A stretch of DNA of 64,000 nucleotides, from positions 25,012-89,011 of IMG/VR virus record IMGVR_UViG_3300000942_000002, one strand, 5' to 3'. The notes below the pieces were generated by a model. That model saw nothing but the letters and a program-made list of their open reading frames with translations, was not told the DNA's origin and searched no databases. The position numbers and the translations under genes are program-made. Source of the DNA: a virus. Its lineage: Duplodnaviria > Caudoviricetes. Position 1 is the stretch's first letter, and each line of letters begins with the position of its first letter. Below are positions 10,861 to 22,800 of this stretch, one piece after another.

Positions 10861-13800
10861 ATGGATGAATTTCAAATCAAAGTACTAGAAGCCAACGGAT
10901 ATTCTTATGTTGATGGAGGTATAGTAGATGCAGAGGGAAATTATATTTCCTCTGTTGAGTTAAATGGAGAACTGTATAATTCTGAATCAGATCAGGATTT
11001 ATGGAATAGAGGACAAGCTTTAGAAAGAAAATATTCAGAGCCTGTTGATCCATATAAAAACTTAAAAGAATTTGAAAAAGATCCTCTTAATACTGTATTA
11101 ACAGAAGAGGATAGAAATTTTTACCCATTGTATTCTGAAGAACAAGAAGAGAATGATATTCCTACTTATGATAATGTAGATATTTTTCAGAAGGAAATGG
11201 AAGATAAAGCTATTCAAGAAAGTGATAACACTTATTTTGAGATGCTTAGACAATTTCAAGAAGCAGGACATGATAACATCACAGATGAATTTATAAATGA
11301 GAATAAAAGAAATGAATCTGTAATTAAAAAATATCAAAATTCTGATAAAGATGTGGATACCATTATGCAAGATATTCTTGATGAAGGCCCGGTACCTCAC
11401 ACTCCAGACCCTAATGATAATGCTGTGATAGCTTATCTGAAAGATCCAAATAGAAATGTATTTACTAGGATGGGAGATTGGATGTGGGAAAGAATCTACA
11501 GTGGGATTGCTCATGTTACTCCTACTGGTGTAGGTATGGATGGTACTGAGGAAGAGATTCAAGAATACAAAGATGCTGTCACAAAAAGAAAAGAACTTCA
11601 AACACCTGTTCTAGAGATAGTTGATTCTATGCATGAGCAAAAGCAAAAGGTTTTACAAGATCAGTGGGATAATATGTCTTTTGCTGAAAAGTACAATCCT
11701 TTTGACAGAGAAAATAGACTTGTTGAATATGGTCTAGGAGAAGTTAATGCAGAAAGAGATAGAATAAAAGATTACGTAGAAGGTAGTCATATATACAATC
11801 CTCTAAACAAAGATTTCTTAGGAGATTTTGCTACACTAGGTATAGGAGATGCTTATGATATGTATTTTTACAATTCTTACCTACATGATAAAATAAATAA
11901 AGGGGAGGAGCTAACTGAAAAAGAGCAGTTAGTTGCTGAGACCTTGGCCGGAATACATCAATCTAAAGGTGTAAAAATGGATCAGAAAGGTCTTTATAAC
12001 ATTACTGCTGGGACATTTGAAAGTGCTTCTTTCTTATTAGGAGGGGCACCAGGTAGATTAGCTTTAAGAGGAACAACTAAAGCTATTACTAGAAACGTTG
12101 CAAAATCTTTATCTGGGGCTGGTATGTCTACAGGGACAGCAAATGTTTTTGGAAAGGTTGCTGGAGAAACAGTAAATATGTTTGGTCAAGCAGTTCTTCA
12201 TCCTGATGCTCATGTTAAAGCTCTTAATAAGTACTATGGTGATATACAGTTTGATAAAAACGATAAAGGAGAAATTGAACTAACTACAGACAGAAGGACC
12301 TATAAGACATTAATGGATGAAGTGGAAATCAATCGAAACAGAATTGAAGATGCTTTGGCAAAAGAAACAGACCCAGAGAAAATTGCACAGCTTAAAACTC
12401 AATTAAATAAAATTGAAGATTATAGTGATAGTATCAAAGCTCCTGAAACGGTATTTGATTCTGCTGCTTATGGACTAACAGAAGTCTTAAAAGAAAATGT
12501 AATCGAAAATTATGGAGGGCAATTAGCAAATAAAGTTGTAAACAATAGGTTTACTAAAAAACTAGCTACAAAACCTTGGGCTCAATCTATAGCTAATTCT
12601 GGGGTTGCACAAAATATTAAAAAAGCAAACAATCTTTTTGGTAGTGTAAAAAATAAATTCAATACATTAACAGGCAATAAAGGATCCAAACTTGTAGGAA
12701 ATAATTTGGAAGAGATGGCTGAAGAAGTAATGACTCAGTTAGTACCTGTTTGGGGAGAAACAGAAGAAGAAGCGAAGCAAAGAAAAGGAGAACTTTTAGA
12801 AGGAAGTTTTTATGGACAAGTTGCAGGTCAAACTCTATTGATGGGGGGATTGATGAAGGCTTTATATTCACCTCTTTCTGGTTATCAAGCTTATCAGAAA
12901 TCTAAAAACTTAAGAGATAAAAGAAAAGCTTTTAAGGACATGATCTCTGATTTTAATAAAGAGAATATATCTGATTCTCAAGTCGAAGAATTATTAATGT
13001 CTGCCGGAGAAGGAAATTTCTCTATCCAAGAATTTGATAACAAAATTGCAAAATTAAGAGATAAAGGACAACATGATAAAGCTAATGAATTAGAGAGAAA
13101 TAAAGTATTTAATATTGGGAAATCTTTAGTATCTATTGGTAGAGGAAAAGAGTTCGTAAGAAATATGAATAATGTGATATCTTCTGGGAATGTTACCCCA
13201 GAAAGTATTGCTAGTATTCAAGAGGCAGTACAAGAAGTAAAAGTTCTTGAAGCTGATATGAAGGATCACGGAAATTTAAAAAACAGAGATTATGTTCTAG
13301 AATTAAAATCAAAACTAAGATATAATCAAAAACAAAAAGAAAATCTTGAAAAAAGGAAGTCTGAACTTAATGGCCAAGAGCAATCTCAAGAAAGAGATGC
13401 AGAAGTAGATGCAATTGATTTGGCTCTTAAAGATATAAATAATCATGAAGGTCAGTTAAAGAAAGCTATCAATCATGAGACTTCTTCTAAAATGGTAGAT
13501 AAGCTAAGAAAAGAGGAAGAAGTGACAAACTCTATTATCAAGGAGTATAGAAAACTTGTTAAAGAGAATGATGCTACAGACTCTTCTGCTCTAAGAGATA
13601 AGGCTATTGAAAACACAAAACAAAAGTATGGCAAGACTATCAGTAATGGTACTTATTCAAAATCAATTAAAGATGTAGATAGATACTTACTGAAAGAGAC
13701 TTTAAGAGAGGAAATAGCTTTAGAACAAAAAGAATCTAAAATTGAAGCTCAAATTGAGGAGGTAACTCCGGAAAAAGAAGAGACTCAAAAACATGTTGAG

Positions 13801-16800
13801 GAAATTGGACAAAATGTAGATCAAGTAACTGAGCTTGCAGAGCAACAGGAAATAAGCTTTCAAGCCCCTGATAATAAGAAAGGTGTGGATGATTTAGATT
13901 ATGCTGGTCCAGCTTTTGATCCAGATGTAGAAACAGATTCTTTTGAAGATATAGATGATGCTTTCTTTGATGATATGCCGGTACAGAAAGATGGTTCTTT
14001 TGAAAATCAAGCTTTTAACAATTTAGTAGAGACAGTAAAAAATAGAGTAAATCTAATTGAAAAAAGAGATAAGACTAAGCCCTCTTTCAAAGATTATGTA
14101 GAGGATCTTATTGACAATGGGGATGTTCCTATTGAAAATTTCAGAGGTCATATGAGAGCTTTAGCCTTGGCTTGGAGTGGGGCCAAACTAGGTAAGACTA
14201 ATTGGAGACAATTATATAATGAATTATTTGAAGACACTCAAGCTGTACTTAATAGAAAAGAAAATCAGAATACTTCTGAAGCTATAAAAACTCCTCAAAT
14301 CGAAGAGGTACAAGAAAGAAGTGAAGAACAAGTAACTAATAAGAATAGTTTAAGTGAGCCTATAAAATATGAAGAAACAAGTGGAGCACCAGTTCATGTG
14401 ACTCCAAATTCTAATAAAACTTATGGTACAGAACATAAGCTTAACTTTTCTGCTATAGAATATAATGAAGTAATTGAAAATGTAAATGGAAAGAAAGTTT
14501 TTCGTAAAATAAATAGTCCTATACCTAAACTAAATGAAAATAGTGGTGTATCGTTTAAAGATTTGGTAAATCCAAATAAGAATAATATTGGAGATAAGCT
14601 TTTTCCTGAAGTTTTAGATGGAGAAGATTTAGCTAACACTTCTGTAGCTGTCAGAGATAAATATGGAAGACAAACTGGGACTATTACTTTTGCAGAATGG
14701 GTAGAAGGAGCTAGACCAGAGGGGATGTCTTTTGAAGCTTTTCAACAAACAAGAGAATACAAAGATAAAGTTCCTATGGTCTACAGGGACTCTCAAGGTA
14801 CTGCTGTAGCATATGTACCCGAGGTAGAATGGTTTAGTGTTACTTCTGTAGGTGATAGCACAAAAGATGTGGATGAAGTAGATCTTGATAACCCAAGTGA
14901 AAGTCTTAGAAAAGATATTCAACAGAATAGAGAACAAGCTTCTAACTTGAGAGAGGAAGTTATAAATGGTACTATTGAAGAGGTAGAGATTATTGATAAT
15001 CTTTCTTTTCCTCCTTTACAAAAAATTGCAAAATCTGATGATAACGGAGTTCCTATACCTACAAAATCTTTAAGTGAAGTTGCTCCAGATAGTCAGATAG
15101 TTTGGATGAAAGCTTCTGGTACCATTGTAGATATGAATGGTAGAACTATAGAGATGGAAAATATTTTAAACTTGGGGGATGAATCTGAAGGGTTCTTGAT
15201 GACTAAAGTTATAGAAGAAGATGGCATAAAAAAGAAATTACCTATCAACAGAAACCGTACTCATTATTTAGTTCACACTGCCACTATTTCTGGGGTAAAA
15301 AAATATATAGCTCTTAATGTCCAAAGAAAAAATGAAAATGGATTAGATTCTGCTTATTCAGAAGATATTGAAACAGCTAGGTGGATTGCTGCTATTAACA
15401 ATGTCACCAAATTCCATGATACAAACTCAGGTAGTGAAATACTTACCAATAGTTCTCACCCTCTTCATATGTCTTTAGAACAAGCTGAGGACTTGAGAAG
15501 ACAAATAAAAGAAGTTACAGGGACAGATGTTAAATCTAAATACACTGATCTAATAGAAGCTCTTATAGCTTACCAAACACCAGACAAAGATGGCCAGGTT
15601 GGGCAGAAAATTACTTTTGGTAGTGAACTAAGTAAAATACTAAGAGCTTATAATAAAGATACAGGTAAGTTTAAAAATGCAGATATTAATTTTAGACAAA
15701 ACACTTCTTTAAGAATGTTGAATAAACCTATGATCAAGATAGCAAAAACTGAAAATGGTTTTGTTGTAGAAAAGATTGCAGATTCTTATGATCAACACTT
15801 AAAGAATAGATTGTCTACAAATGTGATGGGGTATAATGTTGGAACAAAAGAAAATCCAGTGTACACTATTGCAGTTCAGCAAAAAGTTAAAATTAGACCT
15901 CTTTCTACTAAAAAAGAAACTTTAGAAGAAAAAGTAGAAGAGAATAAACAGGATACACAAGTTCAAGAAAAAGTTGTTGAAGTAGAAACTATTGAAACTC
16001 CAGGAGAACTAACTGAAGATCAAAAGCAAAAGAGAAAGCAATTAGTTGAAGAAGCTACTGCTTTAGCAAAAGAATTGAATTTAGATATTAGAGGTATCAA
16101 GGAGATAGATGATCTTATTGCCTCAGAATTAACTACTACAGAAAATGTAGACAACTCTATTCTTATTACTGAAGGTCTTACTATTAAACAAGAAGAAGAT
16201 ATAATCAAATGGTTATTTAGTAAACTTGCAAATAAAGAAACTAATTTTCAAGAAGTTAAAGAAGATTTGAATAAAGAATTTTCAAGTAAAGCAGACAAAT
16301 TAGCAACATCTATTTCAAACCTTAATGAATTTAAAGATAATGAGGTTGTGGACAATTTGATTACTACTTTAGAATCTGCATTAAGTCAAATAGAAAATGC
16401 TTTGGAGAATTCTGATAGTCTTCTTGCTGAAGCTTCTATGAGAGCTGTTAATACTTCTTTTATTACTGATGAGTTTGAAGTAGACGAAATAAACGAAAAT
16501 ATAAAAGATTTTAGTAAAGCTAGTAATGAAAACAAACCTATTGATAAAGTAGGTACTGCTTTGAAAAGAATTTTTGCTCAAGTTACTGATGGTAGTACCG
16601 GATTTATGGGGTTAGATACTTATGCTTCTTTTAAACAGATGTATGATACAGTTTCTTTAGCTTTATCTAGTGATTCTAATCTTGAACCAAATTTTAATGA
16701 GATGATAGCTCTCTTAAGAAAAAGAGAAAATTCAACACCTTGGATGAAACCTTTAATTGAAAGATTAGAGCAAGCTGATGACCAAGTAAAAAATCAATTT

Positions 16801-19800
16801 GTATATAATACCTATAAACAAAAAGTTTATGCAAAATTTGCAACACTTACTTTTGATAATGATGGAGGAGTAAACAGTAACATTTATGATAGTAATTCTA
16901 ATGAAGCAAAAAGAGCTGTAGTAGATAGATGGAGAGAAAATTTTAAAAGAGCTCCTATCAATAAAGAAGGAAAAATTGATACAAAAGTTCTTAATAAAGT
17001 TGTTGAAGAATGGAACAGTTGGTTTGATTCTGGGACTTCAAATCAGAGTGATACTACTTATAAAAATTGGTTAAGTAACTTTGGAATAGAATTATCTGAC
17101 TCAACTTTCACAGCATTAAGAAATGGAGAACTTAATATTTCTGAAGGTGGGGGTAAATTGAAAAAAGCTAGATTCAAAGATCTATTTGAAGGATTAACTG
17201 GGAGTAGCTCAAAAAACAGAACAGGTCTACTGTTTACAAACCTTATGAAATATTCTTTGATGAACAAGGATAAACAAGAGGTAGAGTTCTATGACAATAT
17301 AAAAAATCATCCTTTTGAGGATATGAATACTATCTTAAGTCAGTTGGCTGAATTAGAAGTAAAATATAATCCTAGTTATGGTAGTACCTCTAGATATATT
17401 TCTGGAAAAAGTGTAACAGAGATTGAGTCTTTTAATTATTTCTATGAGCAGTTTAAAAAATTAAAAAGTTCCTCTTTAAGTGAGGATAAAGCTTATCTAA
17501 AAGATTTAGAAAACCTAAGTTTTAGCCAAGACTCTTTTCTTTTAAAAATGCTTAAAGAAGATGATGTGTTTGCAAATCAATTTGGGCATGGTCTAGTTGA
17601 TCTAATGTCTTTAAAAGAACTTTATAAAAAGTCTCCAATGTTTGCAGGCATTGATGAATTAAGTTCTATTGATTATATGTTTGCTCAGAGAGCTATGTTC
17701 CAAAATAGGAATCAAGGAGCTGAAAAAGAAGTAATTGGACTTCCTTTTGAAGTTAGAATGGCTCACATGAATACTTTAACTAATTCTGATAAAGGAAGAA
17801 TGATGTTGTTGAAAACTGCTGTATTTGATTTCTATAAACAATCAGAAGCAGCTTTCGAGATTAATGAAGAAGGAGATATAAAATTCAAAGAAGACCTAAA
17901 CAATTTACTTTATGATAATTTAGTGGTACCAGAATTGAGAAGAATGGTCAACTTTATCACAAATGTGAAAAACACAAACATAAAAGGATATGATAAAGGA
18001 GCAGTCCGTTTTAATCTTATCCCTGGTATTAATACTTTAACTGATAAGAAAGGAAGAAGTGTTTCAGAATTAATTTCAGTTATTGAAGGAAAGTCTCAAG
18101 AAGAGATAATGGAAAATGTGAAAGAAATATTTGGTGCAGATATTTCTACTTTTATACAAGATAATGTTATTAAAGAAGCTTTAGATAATGTTAAAGATCT
18201 AAATCAGTTTAATAGTAAAATAGATGGTTTCAATAATGCAGAATATTTAAAGCAAAGAAAAGGTACTGTTGACGAGAACATGAAGATTGCCGAGTTAGAT
18301 TTTATCTTAAATTCTATGTTGACAAATATGAATTACATGCAACTTATGACAGGGGATCCAGCTCTTTATTATAAATCTAAAGGAGATGTGAAATCTAAAG
18401 ACCTTAAAGCTCAAACTAAAATTTCCCAGCAACTAGCTATCAACTTAGGGAAGAGAATGGCTTCTATGATAGCCCCAGGGAGTGTGTTAGCTGATTCAAA
18501 TAATAATTCTTATCTACAAGTATTCCTTGAGGACGTTAATGGAGTAGCTGACAATATTTTAGATATTGTCGAATGGCATTATAGCAAGAAAGAATTAAAT
18601 GAAAAGCATGGTAATGGACTTACGTATAAAGAAATGTTTGAATCTTCTAAAAAAGGTAATAGAGAATTTATTGATTTATTATCTGAAAGATTTGAAAGAG
18701 TTGCGGAGTTTATAGACATTGAGAGCACTGATGCACAAGAGTACACAACTCTTAATGAGCATATATACGTTATGTTGAAACAAGGAAGAATTTCTGAAGA
18801 TAAATATAAAACTATCCAAGATAAAATAAAGAAAGAAGAGGATTTAACAAAAGAGGAGTTAGACTTAGTATTGCAGCCTATTAAACCTGTTTATACCGGA
18901 ACCATTTATGATTCTGAACAAGATGTTAATAGAATGATGTATATCAAGTCTTCTTCTTTCCCTCTTATACCTCAACTAACAAAAGGTAGAAAGTTGGATG
19001 ATCTTAGAAAAAATATGGAAGAAGTTGAAAAAGTATACAGCACCACTGTAAGAGCTTCCTATCAAACAGCAAATAAGGTTGGGGCTTTAACTTCTGAGAA
19101 TACTATAAAAGATTTTTCACAACCTATAGTAGACAATAATATCATAAAATTAGAAAGAGCTCATTTTAAAATACAACAGGATGTTCCTTTTAAATCAAAA
19201 AAGGTTCAAGATGACACTGTCTCTATGGGTACTCAAATATTTAAACTTTTGATGGGAGACGGTATAATGGATATTGATGGATTTGAATTTGAAGGCCAAG
19301 AATATAATGGTAAAGAATTACAAAACAAATTCCACGAAATATTTAAAGATATGGTTTCTCTTAAAAGAGACAAGTTTCTAGATTCTCTAGGGCTTAATGC
19401 TGATATGAGTGCAAAAGACCCAAAAGAAACTATTAAGAAGCTGCAAAAACTTCTTATTAAAGAAGCAAAAAGTAGAGGGTTCTCTAAACAAGATTTAAAA
19501 ATACTTTCTCTGGTAGATAATGGACAAGGAGAAATGACTTTTAAATTACCTCTTTGGTTAACAGGAAATAGTAACAAGTATGAATCTATGTTGAATGCTC
19601 TTATAAATAACAAAATATTTAAGCAGAAGCTGCCGGGGAATAAATTTGTTACAGGATCAGAAGCAGGGTTTGATGTATCAGAAACTACTGAAGGTATTGA
19701 TGAAAGCAGAATAATTCATGTGGGAGATTTTGAAGGGGGTGTACTACAAAGTACTAGAAAGCAGGATAAAAGCATATCAAAAGCTCAAATATTGGTTCCC

Positions 19801-22800
19801 TCTAAATTTAAACTTAACGGAGAACTTATCAATCTTTTTGAAGAATTTAATGGAGAAGAGGGATTATATATTCAAAAGGTAGATGGAATTGTAAGAATAA
19901 AGGAAGACATGTTTGATAAAAACTTGTTGGAGCAATTTGTATTTAGAATACCTACATCTTCTCATGGTCTTGGGTCTTCTGTTGAGGTAGTAGGATTTTT
20001 ACCTCCAGAATCAGGAGACTTGATTATCACCCCTAAAGGGTTTATTGCTCAAATGGGGCAAGATTTTGATATTGATAGTTTAACAGCTTATCAGTATAAT
20101 CATGTAGTTATGCAAGATGGAGCAGTTAAAGAGTTGACTGAAGAAAATAAAGAGGCTTATTTAACAGAAGTTTCAAACAGAATCAATTATTTAGAGCAAT
20201 TAGTTAAAGAAGATAAACTTGATATTTATAATAATCTTCTTTCCTCTATACCTGGATTAAATTTAGAAGATCTAAATAAGGAAGATATACTAGAAGAGTT
20301 GGCTATAGCTAAAAAGAGTATTTCAAAAGAGTTTGATCTTAAGTTATTAGAGAATAAATTTATAAAGGTTCATAACTCAGTATATTCAAATGAGAAAAGC
20401 CAAAAACATATAAATAAGGTTTTATCTATGGTTTTTGCTGAGAAGCAAGCGGATGAGATTGAAAGCCTAACTGAGAATACCTCAAATACTTTTAATATCT
20501 TATCCCCTAAATATCAGATGATAAAAATGAATGCTGGGTCTACAGGGCAAGATGCTATTGGTATCTATGCAAAAGGAGTAACTTTACATAGTTTAGTACA
20601 ACAAGCAAAAAGTTCTGGAACTAAAGTAGGTCTTGGGACAAAAGATCAATCTAAGCAAATACGTATTGGTAATCTAGTTAGTGATGGTAGTCTAGGAAAT
20701 ATGTTGGCTATACCTTCTAAAAATCAGGTATTCAAAGGTTTAACTAGAAGAATATCTACAATCCTAGATGAAAGAACAAATACAGGAACAGATAACGAAA
20801 AAGCTCAGATACTAGGTAGAACTGGATTGAATCATAAAGATGCTATTGCAGTTGACAATCTACTTTCTCTTCTAGGTTTTGATGCAGAGTACACTCAAAT
20901 TACTAAAGAAGATTTTGATAAGGATAAAGCTTTCCACAGATCTACTAATATAGATGGGAAAGAGGTTTATTACACAGAACATTCTGTACCTTATTTATTA
21001 CATTCTCAACCTATAGTAAAAGAGTTCTTTTCAATCATCAATGATAAAGAGTCTATTACAACAGAATTTAGTGCAAGAGCAAAGCAAGAGGCCATCAATG
21101 AATTACTTTCTAAGTATGGTAAAAAAGAACAGGATGTTTATAAAGGAAAATTAGGTATTTGGCAGAGAAAAGGAGATAAAGACATTTTTGTTTCAGAACA
21201 AGATAATACAAAGTTTAATGCTCAAATGCTTCAGAATCAAATTGTTTTAAATTCTCAGGCAGATAAAAATTCTCAACTAGAAATCTTGGCTATTTATCTT
21301 GATCTAATTGATGAAGCCAAAAAAGTTAAAACTATGATGCAACATGTAGATTTAAACAATCTTGGAAAGTCTATGTGGGAGTCTGGCACCAAAGCAAAAG
21401 ATTTCAAAGAATTCTTTACAAACTTAGATAGTGTTGGAATAACAGGAGCTGAGGCTTTAGTAGGAGATATTACAGAAAGAGGGGAAACTCTAGAAGAAGG
21501 CCAAATAGATTTAGGAGATGGTTTAGTTTTAACTCCAACCACTAATCAAGGTGTTATGGTGGGAACTGCTCTATCTTTAAGTGAGTCTTTATTTACTAAC
21601 TTGTTCCCTGCAAAAAATAAATATATAAATTCTATCATTGAGAATATATTCAAAGAGGGGAATTTAAACACTGATAATAGTTTTGCTGTTATCAAAGCAA
21701 AAGAACAAGTTTTCCAAGAGATCAAAAAGTATTTAACTAGTGCAGAAGGTCTAGGAATTTTTAACAAGTCTACAAAAGAAGTAAGAGAAGATCTTTATTT
21801 GGATAGATTTAATGAGAACCACCTATCCTTAAGTTCTTATGTTGGAAACTTATTCAATAGTGAAAGTAATGAATATGCAAATGGGTTAAGAAAAGTTAAA
21901 AACAATTTATTCTTAAACAACTTGAAATACAATGTGGGTGAAAATGGAAAACCATCTTTAATCACTTTTAACAATCAAGAATCTTTTGAAGCAAACCAAG
22001 AAGCTATTTATTCTTCTTTTAAAGAACTAATTTCAGAAGACCTTTCATTACCGAGAAAGAATGGAGAATTCTTTTCTACAAGATTGCTTGCACAAGAGTT
22101 AATAGCTTATTCTTATTCTAGTGGAGGTATAGTCCAAGGGGCTCTAGAATTCCATAAGTTTTTGCCAATTGAGTACTTAGATGATATGACCTACAAAAAT
22201 AAAAAAGGTCAAGATATTCCTATTAGTGCTAGGCTGAGATCTTATAACACTTTTAATAGAGTAGAGGGCAATCAAAACATTCTTGGAAGATTTACCAGGC
22301 AATACTTCCAAAATAACCCTGAGAGTTTAGTTCAGATGGAAATGAAAGAAGTTACACTTGGTAATGAAGTAAAAATTTATACTCCAAAAGAAAATACATC
22401 TTTGGCTTATATTGCCAACAAAGTAAAAACTAAGAGTAAACTTAAACAAGATAGATGGAAAATATTTGAAAAGATAGAAGGAGAAAAATACTACAAAGAG
22501 ATCGATGTTTTAGGTGAAACAGGTATGGCAGAATATGAGTTTGGAGTAGAAGAGCTAACATCTAATTTAGGTAAAGATAAAACTCCTGTAACTAAAATCT
22601 CCTCTCTAGAATTAGATACTATTAATGATGAAAATCTTGGGATTATTCCTAAGAATGGTTCTGAAGTATCTTCTTTTCTAAAAGCTATTGCTACAGGAGA
22701 GTATGGAGACTACTCAAACATAAAAGATATCGCTCAATACCTAGTTAATTTTGTTCCAGAAGGAAAAACTTTTAACTATAAAGAAGGCAATTTCAAAGGA